Positions 17,078 to 24,936 of a DNA stretch of 25,377 nt are shown here, piece by piece. The notes under the pieces are model-generated. The model saw nothing but the letters and a program-made list of their open reading frames with translations, ran no database searches and was not told the DNA's origin. The stretch comes from a virus. Lineage: Duplodnaviria > Caudoviricetes. Made by a program: the position numbers and the translations under genes. Positions within the stretch are counted from its first letter, which is position 1; every line of letters starts with the position of its first letter. The stretch lies in IMG/VR virus record IMGVR_UViG_3300032373_001183, positions 1 through 25,377 of that record, one strand, 5' to 3'.

Positions 17078-17555
17078 CATTACCCCACAACAGATTACCG
17101 CGCAGGCACGCACATGGCTGGATACAGCCTATCATCACCAAGGGCGGCTTAAAAAGAGCGCACGCGGCAAAGGCGGCGTAGATTGCCTTGGGCTGGTGAT
17201 CGGCGTGATCGATGAGCTGGGCATGCAGGACGGCAATGGCAATCCTCTGGTGAATGCCGATGAGTTTAACTACTCGATGTATCCTGAGCGCGGTCGGCTG
17301 GTGGGGAGCATCTCCAAACATCTGCGCGAAGTGCCGATAGAGCGCATGCGCGTTGGGGATGTGCTGCTGTTTCGCACTTTCAAAGACCCGCAGCATGTGG
17401 GCTTGCTAACAGATTATCCTGGCGGTGGCCCTGGGCTGATTCACTGCAATTCTAGCGCTGGCAAGGTGGTGGAACAGCCGCTTTCCATGACGTGGGTGCG
17501 GATGCTGACCCATGTCTATCGTTTCAAACACAAACAACTGCAATCGTTGAGTTAA
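17070..17555 (+). CDS. NlpC/P60 tail-associated cell wall peptidase
   Basis: 'ARTWLDTAYHHQGR', catalytic 'DCLGL', 'HVGL' and 'IHC'. Confidence 0.93.
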   Translation: MANITPQQITAQARTWLDTAYHHQGRLKKSARGKGGVDCLGLVIGVIDELGMQDGNGNPLVNADEFNYSMYPERGRLVGSISKHLREVPIERMRVGDVLLFRTFKDPQHVGLLTDYPGGGPGLIHCNSSAGKVVEQPLSMTWVRMLTHVYRFKHKQLQSLS

Positions 17556-17556
17556 C

Positions 17557-20500
17557 ATGGCTGATATTGTTCTTCCTGTCGTCGGTGGGGTTACCGGATT
17601 TATTCTTGGTGGCCCTTCGGGAGCGGTGCTGGGCGCAAATCTTGGTGGCATGGCCGCTGGGATGCTCTTTCCACGTTCTCAGCGTGTGACGCTGCCCACA
17701 CAAGAAGGCCCACGGCTGGCTGACCTTCGGGCGCAGACTGCCACTTATGGGAATATGATTCCTAAAATCTATGGCACGATGCGGCTGGCTGGTAACGTCA
17801 TCTGGTCAACTGACCTCAAGGAAGTAAAGGTGGAAACCACCAGCACGCAAACGTCCAGCGGTGGCGGTAAAGGCGGCGGCGGTGGTGGCTCGGTAACGAC
17901 TAGCCAGACCAGCGTCACTTATGAATATTTTGTCACGCTGGCGATTGCAATTTGTGAGGGGCCAATCGATGAAGTGATCCGCGTTTGGGCAGATAGCAAG
18001 GTGCTGACCGAAGATGTGCTGTCATCCTCTCAGGGCAAATACAATGTCCATCACGGCACAGAAGACCAGATGGTCGATGACATCATGGCGAAATATCTAG
18101 CGGCTGGCACTATCCCTGCCTATCGCGGCACGGCGTATGTGGTGATCGAGGATTTCCCGCTGGGTTCATATGGCAACCGTATCCCTAATTTTACGTTTGA
18201 GGTGCGCCGCACGCTGAAATTCACGCCAAGCGTGGAAGATAAAATCACTGATGTGGTGATGATTCCAGGTGCAGGTGAGATGGTTTACGGCACGAACGTG
18301 CAATCCAAGCAGGATGGCTATTTTGATGCGTATCAGGGCGGCATCTTTGTGCCGAACGCTGATAAGAAATTCATCAACATGCATAATTACGAGGGCAAGG
18401 CAGATAGCCTTGTGGCGGTGGATCAGATGATCAATGTGCTGCCCAATTTGGAATGGGTGGCGATTGTGGTCACATGGTTTGCCACTTCTACCGATGCTGG
18501 TGCGTGCGAGATTGTGCCGAAGGTGGAATTTCAAGGATCAACGCAGGTGCTGCCGCAGGATTGGAGTGTGGCTGGCATTAGCAGATCATCCGCGCAGGTG
18601 GTGCTGAAGTTTGACCCAGAAACGCCGACCTATGGCGGCACGCCTTCGGATCATACGGTGGTGCAGCTGGTGGATCACTTAAAGTCCAAAGGGCTGAATG
18701 TGATGCTCTATCCCATGGTATTTGTGGATACGATCAGCCCTGTGCCGAAACCATGGCGTGGGCGGATTGTGCCTGCCAATGCCACGGATGCGAATAGCTG
18801 GTTCACCAAAACTAATGGCTATAATGGCTTCATCACCCATTACGCCAATCTGGTGAAGAATAAAGCGGATGCATTTGTTATCGGCTCAGAGCTGATAGGC
18901 ATGACGGGCTATACTGATAGCGCTGGCAGCTATCCTGCAGTGAATCAGCTAGTGAGCCTCGCCGCGACCGTCAAAGGCATCATGGGTGGCAGCACTGATA
19001 TTACCTATGCTGCCGATTGGTCTGAATATCACAGCACCGATGGTTGGTTTAACCTTGATCCGCTTTGGGCATCGCCGAATATCGATTTTGTGGGGATTGA
19101 TAGCTATTTCCCGCTAACCGAAGATCTGCCGCAGATCCAAATCACCGAGGAGCTAATTGCCGAATATTGGGAAGCTGGCGAAGGCTGGGATTATTATTAC
19201 ACCGACTCCGTGGCTCGCACAGGACAGACCAGCTATGGCGGTGATGCTACCTTCGCATGGAAGAATCTGGAATATTGGTGGAAAAACACCCACACCAATC
19301 CCGATACCAATACCACGGCATGGACAGCAAAAATGAAGCCGGTGTGGTTTACCGAGTTTGGTTTTCCGTCTGTAGATGGCTGCGCCAATCAGCCCAATGT
19401 ATTTTATGATCCAACAAGTTCGGAGAGCTTCTTTCCGCGTGGCAGCAAAGGCCGCGTGGATTTTCAGGCGCAGCGTGAGGCACTCAATGCCACGCTGGAT
19501 TATCTGGATGCAAGGGAGCAAGTTTCTGGCAATAGTGGATTGGTGGCGCGGCGTTTCCTATGGACATGGGATGCACGGCCATTCTCTTTCTGGCCTGATC
19601 TGGAAGGTGTGTGGCAGGATTCCATCCTCTGGCAAACAGGCCACTGGGCGCAGGGCAAGCTGGGTAATTCAACGCTTGGTGCGGTGGTGGCAGAGCTGCT
19701 GCAAAATGCAGGACTGACCGCCAGCGATTATGATGTGACCCGCTTAACGGATACGTTGGAGGGCTTCATTTTAGATCGCCCGATTACGGTTCGTGCCGCG
19801 TTGGAATACCTCACATCTGCGTTTTTCTTCGATATCGTCGAAAGTGATGGCATCCTTAAATGCGTGCCGCGTGGTTCTGAATCCATCAAGTCAGTGCCAG
19901 AAGATGATCTGATTCCTGCCAAGAAGAAAGGCGTGCAGGATGTGCTGGAAATCAATTACGCGCAGGAGCTGGAGCTACCGCAGCGGGTGAATGTCACCTA
20001 CCTGGATCGTCCGTTTAATTATGATCCGGTCACCCAAACGTCGCAGCGTCAAGTGGTGCGTGCGGTGGACCAGGTGACGGTGAATCTGCCAATTGTGATG
20101 GGTGCAACCCGCGCCAAGCAGATCGCAGACATCACGCTGTATGGCACATGGAAGGAGCGCACCAGCTTCAACCTGACGCTACCACCCAAATATGTCCGTA
20201 TTGAACCGACCGATGTGATTACGGTGACGGTCAATAATGTGCCGCATGAGATGCGTGTGTTTAAGACCAACATGGAAGCCAACGGCTTGATGAAAGTAAG
20301 CGCGGTGGCAGAGGATATCAGCTCGTATGATTTCTACACGCCACCAGGTGAAACCAGCTCAACACTGGAGCCACCCACGCTCGCGCCTGACACGATTGTG
20401 AAGTTTATCGACGCTCCGCCATTGCCAAGTGACACGATAGCCAATCAGGGGTTGCTGCGTATTGGCGTGGCAGCAGATGGGCAGAATTGGAATGGTTCAG

Positions 20501-21315
20501 CCATTTATCGCTCAGATGATGGTGGCGAAGATGGTGGCAACACCTTCAACCTGCTGGCAGGCATGGATGGTGCGGCGACTTTTGGTGCAATCATCACCGC
20601 ATTGCCTGCTGGCCCATTTGAAGTGTGGGACACGGTCAATGAGGTAGAAGTTATCCTCACATCGGGCAGCCTTGGTAGCGTTAGCGAGCTTGGAGTGTTT
20701 AACGGCGCGAATGCAGCGTTAATCGGTAATGAGCTGGTGCAATTCCAAAACGCGCAGTTGATTGGCGAGAAAACCTACAAGCTATCTCGTTTGCTGCGTG
20801 GCAGGCAAGGCACGGAATGGGCAATGGAGCATGTTTCCGGCGAGCCATTCGTGCTGATTAGCCCTGCGCTTTACACCACGAGCATCGCCAATAACTTCAT
20901 CGGACGGCAGCTGTATTACAAAGCAGTGAGCGTTGGCAACTCGCTCGGCAATACCGATGAGGCGGCATTTACCTATACGGGGCGAAACCTAAAACCCTTC
21001 GCACCGGTGCATGTAAAAGGCGTGCGTGATGGTTCGGGTAATTTGACAATCAGTTGGATACGTCGCTCCCGCGTTGATGGTGAATGGCGCGATGGGGTTG
21101 GTATTCCGCTGGGTGAAGAATCTGAACTTTACGAGGCGGATATTCTTGATGGCAGCACGGTCGTGCGAACCATTGAGGCGACCGCCCCAACCGCCAGCTA
21201 TTCTGCCGCTGATCAAACCACGGATTTCGGATCAGCGCAAAGCAGCGTGGATGTGAAGATTTACCAGCTATCGGCGGTGGTTGGTCGCGGCTTCGCAGCA
21301 AGTGGAAGTATTTGA
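17557..21315 (+). CDS. GTA-type megatron/host-specificity baseplate protein (TIM-barrel plus tail domains)
   Basis: 'EGPRL', 'PAYRGTAYVV', 'YGNRIP', 'YGGTPSD', 'PWRGRI', 'YAADWSEY', 'KPVWFTEFG', 'WDARP', 'LSRLLRG' and 'WIRRSR'. Confidence 0.94.
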   Translation: MADIVLPVVGGVTGFILGGPSGAVLGANLGGMAAGMLFPRSQRVTLPTQEGPRLADLRAQTATYGNMIPKIYGTMRLAGNVIWSTDLKEVKVETTSTQTSSGGGKGGGGGGSVTTSQTSVTYEYFVTLAIAICEGPIDEVIRVWADSKVLTEDVLSSSQGKYNVHHGTEDQMVDDIMAKYLAAGTIPAYRGTAYVVIEDFPLGSYGNRIPNFTFEVRRTLKFTPSVEDKITDVVMIPGAGEMVYGTNVQSKQDGYFDAYQGGIFVPNADKKFINMHNYEGKADSLVAVDQMINVLPNLEWVAIVVTWFATSTDAGACEIVPKVEFQGSTQVLPQDWSVAGISRSSAQVVLKFDPETPTYGGTPSDHTVVQLVDHLKSKGLNVMLYPMVFVDTISPVPKPWRGRIVPANATDANSWFTKTNGYNGFITHYANLVKNKADAFVIGSELIGMTGYTDSAGSYPAVNQLVSLAATVKGIMGGSTDITYAADWSEYHSTDGWFNLDPLWASPNIDFVGIDSYFPLTEDLPQIQITEELIAEYWEAGEGWDYYYTDSVARTGQTSYGGDATFAWKNLEYWWKNTHTNPDTNTTAWTAKMKPVWFTEFGFPSVDGCANQPNVFYDPTSSESFFPRGSKGRVDFQAQREALNATLDYLDAREQVSGNSGLVARRFLWTWDARPFSFWPDLEGVWQDSILWQTGHWAQGKLGNSTLGAVVAELLQNAGLTASDYDVTRLTDTLEGFILDRPITVRAALEYLTSAFFFDIVESDGILKCVPRGSESIKSVPEDDLIPAKKKGVQDVLEINYAQELELPQRVNVTYLDRPFNYDPVTQTSQRQVVRAVDQVTVNLPIVMGATRAKQIADITLYGTWKERTSFNLTLPPKYVRIEPTDVITVTVNNVPHEMRVFKTNMEANGLMKVSAVAEDISSYDFYTPPGETSSTLEPPTLAPDTIVKFIDAPPLPSDTIANQGLLRIGVAADGQNWNGSAIYRSDDGGEDGGNTFNLLAGMDGAATFGAIITALPAGPFEVWDTVNEVEVILTSGSLGSVSELGVFNGANAALIGNELVQFQNAQLIGEKTYKLSRLLRGRQGTEWAMEHVSGEPFVLISPALYTTSIANNFIGRQLYYKAVSVGNSLGNTDEAAFTYTGRNLKPFAPVHVKGVRDGSGNLTISWIRRSRVDGEWRDGVGIPLGEESELYEADILDGSTVVRTIEATAPTASYSAADQTTDFGSAQSSVDVKIYQLSAVVGRGFAASGSI

Positions 21316-21326
21316 GATGAAAATTC

Positions 21327-21355
21327 TTGTTATTTATCTGATTGGAGGCTATTTT
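21327..21355 (+). promoter_or_regulatory. Candidate sigma70 promoter for riboswitch-mntP
   Basis: TTGTTA-N17-TATTTT ending about 7 nt upstream of the aptamer. Confidence 0.55.
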
Positions 21356-21362
21356 CTGAAAC

Positions 21363-21457
21363 GTACTTGGGGAGTAGCCTCCTTTGGGATTTAGTCAACA
21401 TACTTGCGGGAACCGCATGGCTAAATCGACGCTCTAAGCGTTTGGCGAGACCAATAC
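21363..21457 (+). ncRNA. yybP-ykoY Mn2+ riboswitch aptamer
   Basis: GGGGAGTAGCC...GTCAACATACT...TGGC...GGCGAGACC consensus. Helices GATTTAGTCA/TGGCTAAATC, TGCGG/CCGCA, GACGCT/AGCGTT and TTGG/CCAA. Located upstream of mntP. Confidence 0.93.
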
Positions 21458-21503
21458 ATTATCAGGGCTTAAATCTGGCAGCCCTGCGTGATGTATTGTG
21501 TTT
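21452..21503 (+). terminator. Riboswitch expression-platform hairpin competing with P1
   Basis: CAATACATTATCAGGGCT pairs with AGCCCTGCGTGATGTATTG; only a weak TGTTT tail follows. Confidence 0.6.
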
Positions 21504-21524
21504 AAGCCAGTTGGAGCAGTCATT

Positions 21525-22082
21525 ATGAGTATCATTTCAAACACCATTATCGCCTTTAGTATGTCAGCGGATGCTTTTGCAGCATCTATCGGCAAAGGCG
21601 TTGCATTACAAAAACCGAAACTCAGCTATGCCATGCGGATTGGCTTAGTGTTTGGTGGCGTGGAAACACTCACACCCATTATCGGCTGGTTGCTTGGTCG
21701 TATGGCGAGTGGCTTTATTGAGGCGGTGGATCATTGGGTAGCGTTCACCATCTTAGCACTCATTGGCGGCAAGATGATTTACGAAGGGTGCCACAATGAA
21801 GAAGCCGAGCGCAAAGAATCACACACCCTTGGCATCCTTATTTTGACGGCCATTGGTACCAGTATTGATGCAATGGCGGTGGGTGCAACGCTTGCACTGC
21901 TAGATGCAAACATCTGGATTATGGCGATAATGATTGGTTCCGCCACATTCGTTATGTCCACGATTGGTATCATGACAGGGCATTATATCGGCACGAAAGC
22001 GGGAAAAATCGCAGAAGTGCTGGGCGGTCTATGCCTGATTGCTATCGGCACGAAGATACTGATCGAGCATCTCGGCGTATAA
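21525..22082 (+). CDS. mntP: Manganese efflux pump MntP
   Basis: Two DUF204 repeats 'SMSADAFAAS' and 'TSIDAMAVG', 'DHWVAF', 'AEVLGGLCLIAIG'. GGAG RBS and upstream Mn riboswitch. Confidence 0.95.
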   Translation: MSIISNTIIAFSMSADAFAASIGKGVALQKPKLSYAMRIGLVFGGVETLTPIIGWLLGRMASGFIEAVDHWVAFTILALIGGKMIYEGCHNEEAERKESHTLGILILTAIGTSIDAMAVGATLALLDANIWIMAIMIGSATFVMSTIGIMTGHYIGTKAGKIAEVLGGLCLIAIGTKILIEHLGV

Positions 22083-22118
22083 ACGCCAACATTTAATCGA
22101 ACCTAATTGGAGAATATC

Positions 22119-22823
22119 ATGTCCCAGACCGGAAGGCTGGGCTTGCCGTATATTATTACGTCTCAAGCCCAAAAAGAAGTGACGCATAATGAGGCATTAA
22201 ACCGCCTTGATGCATTCGTCACACCCATTGTGTCACAAATTACCGATGCGCCACCAGGTAGCCCTGCATTGGGTGAACTGGTGATTGTTGGCACGTCGCC
22301 CAGCGGGGATTTTACAGGTCATGCCAATGAGCTGGCGCAGTATCTCACGGGCGGCTGGGTCTTTTATGCGCCGTTTAAGTGGATGGATGCGGTGGTGGAG
22401 TCGCTCGACAGTCGCATTACGTTCAACGGATCGGCATGGGTGTCATTCAGCCTGATCATGCAGGATAGCGGGGAATATCTCCGCATACTGCGTTGGGAGG
22501 AAGATATTGATCTGAGTGCCGCCACTCAAAGCACAAAGGTCATTCCCAATCGCTCAACCGTGCTGGCGGTTAACACGCGGGTCATTACCGCGCTGACTGG
22601 AACGGTGGGCAGCTTTGGCGTGGGCGTATCGGGCGATACGTCGCGCTATGGCAACGGCATCGGCACTGGGCAGGATTCGACCAATGTCGGCCTGACCTAT
22701 CACCCCGTCAGCTACTACAGCGACACTCCGCTAGACCTGACTCCCGATAGCGGATCATTCACCACCGGCGTGGTTCGCATCAATGTTCAATACATCACCT
22801 TCCGTGGCCCTTGGAATTGGTAA
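22119..22823 (+). CDS. DUF2793-domain tail fibre-associated protein
   Basis: 'LGLPYI..SQAQKEVTHNEALNRLD' and 'GWVFYAP'. GGAG RBS. Confidence 0.88.
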   Translation: MSQTGRLGLPYIITSQAQKEVTHNEALNRLDAFVTPIVSQITDAPPGSPALGELVIVGTSPSGDFTGHANELAQYLTGGWVFYAPFKWMDAVVESLDSRITFNGSAWVSFSLIMQDSGEYLRILRWEEDIDLSAATQSTKVIPNRSTVLAVNTRVITALTGTVGSFGVGVSGDTSRYGNGIGTGQDSTNVGLTYHPVSYYSDTPLDLTPDSGSFTTGVVRINVQYITFRGPWNW

Positions 22824-22828
22824 TCATT

Positions 22829-23077
22829 ATGGATGAAGAACTTAAAAAAGCCATTCGCACGGCTGTGCGGGAGGGCATCGAAGATGCTTTGACAAAATAT
22901 GGGATCGACACCAGCGACCCCACCGGCGTGCAGGCCGACATGATCTACCTGCGAAAATCGCGCACCGGATCGGACGAAGTCATCAAATGGATCAAACGCT
23001 CAGCCATTACCGCAGCCATCACTGGTGCGCTGGTGGCGCTATGGCAGGGCATCAAAACAATCATACAGGGAGGTTAA
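22829..23077 (+). CDS. Small protein with a C-terminal TM helix (holin/lysis-associated candidate)
   Basis: 82 aa with hydrophobic 'AITAAITGALVALWQGI'; lies in the lysis region. Confidence 0.6.
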   Translation: MDEELKKAIRTAVREGIEDALTKYGIDTSDPTGVQADMIYLRKSRTGSDEVIKWIKRSAITAAITGALVALWQGIKTIIQGG

Positions 23078-23079
23078 TA

Positions 23080-23529
23080 ATGGTTACATTATTTGGAGCA
23101 TTAGTCGGTTTTATCAGCGCCACATTCCCCGATATCTTGAAGCTATTCAGGGATTATCAGGATCGCAAGCACGAGCTGACCATTCTGCGCCTGCAGATGG
23201 AGCAACAACAGCAAGGGCATATGAACCGGCTGGAGGAAATCCATGTCGAAGCTGATATTGCCGAAAGCCGTGCGCTTTATAAGACGTTCTATTCAGGCAT
23301 TAAATGGGTGGATGCGCTCAATGGCACGGTGCGGCCAGTGTTGGCATACGCATTCTTCCTTCTCTATTTCACCATCAAATGCATGCAGTTTACCATGGTT
23401 GATCTGGGAAATCCGCTGCCATGGCACATGGAAATGCTGTGGTCACTGGAGGATCAGGCGATCTTCGCAGGCATCATCAGCTTCTATTTCGGCCAACGCG
23501 CCATGAGTAAAGTACGGAGCGGAAGATAG
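23080..23529 (+). CDS. Putative holin
   Basis: GGAGG RBS; N-terminal hydrophobic helix; 'QDRKHEL', 'VRPVLAY' and 'IISFYFGQR', resembling 3TM-holin-like proteins. Confidence 0.7.
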   Translation: MVTLFGALVGFISATFPDILKLFRDYQDRKHELTILRLQMEQQQQGHMNRLEEIHVEADIAESRALYKTFYSGIKWVDALNGTVRPVLAYAFFLLYFTIKCMQFTMVDLGNPLPWHMEMLWSLEDQAIFAGIISFYFGQRAMSKVRSGR

Positions 23530-23552
23530 TTCGATTATTCCTTCTTATTCAG

Positions 23553-23581
23553 TTGATTAACCTGCCAGAAGAAGCATTCAT
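23553..23581 (+). promoter_or_regulatory. Promoter-like motif TTGATTAA-N10-GAAGCATTCAT upstream of the 98-aa ORF
   Basis: Matches the motif at 3859-3887 on the minus strand. Confidence 0.65.
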
Positions 23582-23617
23582 AGACTAACAAAACAATGCA
23601 AAAACAAGGAGATACGC

Positions 23618-23914
23618 ATGAGCAAATTATTTTACAAAGCGATGATTGAGGACATCCAAAACGACAAATGCACCGATGCCGAAATCGAGAGCTTGCTAGA
23701 TATTTATGCCAGCACCGTCAAGCGAATGGCCACCACATCGGCACGGCGCTCTTGGTTTGAATTAGAGGATTTTGCCTCTGCCAAAGTGATGAAGGTCAAT
23801 CGTTTCACGCTGATGCTTGAGCGCCGCACGGTTAGCGGTCAGGAGCAATGGTGGGGAACATTTGAATATGGCAGCAAAAAGCTGAAAGTGATTGCTACGC
23901 TGGAGAAGGATTAA
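23618..23914 (+). CDS. Hypothetical 98-aa protein
   Basis: AAGGAG RBS and its own promoter-like motif; no family recognised. Confidence 0.75.
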   Translation: MSKLFYKAMIEDIQNDKCTDAEIESLLDIYASTVKRMATTSARRSWFELEDFASAKVMKVNRFTLMLERRTVSGQEQWWGTFEYGSKKLKVIATLEKD

Positions 23915-24861
23915 TCGTCCTCGATATCCCAGTCGGAGCGCTTAGTTTTTCCTGTCTGGTAGAAGCAGGTCACTTCTTCGATGAAATCTCTAAAATCTCG
24001 ATTTTCTTCAACCAACCTATTTGCCGTGTCCCAGTCAATTTCTGTGCGTTCTCTCGCTGGTATTAACACTTGGCTTTCAACAGGGTTTTTGGGGTCAAGC
24101 AAAATGAATCCGATTCCATGCAGCGAAGAGAGAATCTGAAGCTCTCGTTTCGTATCGGAGCCTTCTAATTCTGCAGCTACCAAGTAGCCATAATTAGCCC
24201 ATGATGAATTAGATACCGCTTGGAAAAACGTCTGACGAACATTTGAACGGTTGATGAGCAGCTTAACCTCGAACGACCAGAGCTTAGTTTTCTTATCTGA
24301 GTATTGTTGCACACAATCTTTGACCTTCTGATCCCAATCAGCAGTCAAATCTTCCATGGCCACCAGATCAGGATAAAGCCACTTATTACCGTTGGTGCCA
24401 CGGCTGTTTGATGAACGTTTTTCATCTATGCGCTTACTATAAATTGCGTATTCAGCCCATAAGAAGCTCGACAGCATTGGGTAAAGGTCATGTTCAGATA
24501 AACGAACAGCGTCTCTTGCAGGTGTTGACGTGGAAGGGCTGTCTGACTCTGCCTCTTCAATCTCAGCTTGGTCAGTTTGGGTGGTGTAATAATATTTGCG
24601 CGGGCGGCCTTCCGTCGTTTTCAGTCTTAGGTCGCGCTTTTGAAGTCGTGGGCGTTGCGATCCAATTTCTGCAACGATTTGCTGAAGTAGAGCCTGATCA
24701 TCCTCCAGCGTATTAACGGTTGCTTTGCTCCGCTCACGTTTCGCCTCGCATTCGTCGGGATACGTCTTGAACACCCACTCTGCAATTTCCCTAGCGGTAT
24801 ATTTTTGCCCAGGGTTTTGCGAGAGGAACTCAACAATTTTCTTACTTAAATCCAGCTTCAT
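23911..24861 (-). CDS. COG2958/HrgA-like protein (N-terminal HTH plus PD-(D/E)xK nuclease-like domain)
   Basis: 'YTAREIAEW', 'EHDLYPML', 'NKWLYPDLV', 'WSFEVK' and 'FFQAVSNSSWANYGYLVA'. Confidence 0.85.
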   Translation of the reverse strand: MKLDLSKKIVEFLSQNPGQKYTAREIAEWVFKTYPDECEAKRERSKATVNTLEDDQALLQQIVAEIGSQRPRLQKRDLRLKTTEGRPRKYYYTTQTDQAEIEEAESDSPSTSTPARDAVRLSEHDLYPMLSSFLWAEYAIYSKRIDEKRSSNSRGTNGNKWLYPDLVAMEDLTADWDQKVKDCVQQYSDKKTKLWSFEVKLLINRSNVRQTFFQAVSNSSWANYGYLVAAELEGSDTKRELQILSSLHGIGFILLDPKNPVESQVLIPARERTEIDWDTANRLVEENRDFRDFIEEVTCFYQTGKTKRSDWDIEDD

Positions 24862-24892
24862 ATTCGTACTTTTTGGGGTTCGGAGATGGGCG

Positions 24893-24920
24893 ATTCTAAC
24901 AATTTATCAAAAAATAACAA
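24893..24920 (-). promoter_or_regulatory. Candidate extended -10 sigma70 promoter for the HrgA-like gene
   Basis: TTGTTA-N16-TAGAAT with TGn directly upstream of the -10 element. Confidence 0.55.
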
Positions 24921-24936
24921 CTGAAAGCAGAATCTT

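Noticed and set aside
17859-17890. GGC/GGT repeats in the megatron gene (also near 13594-13620 in the tape measure gene)
   Set aside because: They encode in-frame Gly linkers typical of these proteins.
11997-21315. Calling the element a gene transfer agent
   Set aside because: The tail tip is GTA-like, but the lambda-type terminase and portal, cos-like site, long tape measure, methyltransferase and linked lysis genes indicate a true phage.
22074-22087. Terminator after mntP (GGCGT-ATAA-ACGCC)
   Set aside because: Only a 5-bp stem with no adjacent U-tract.
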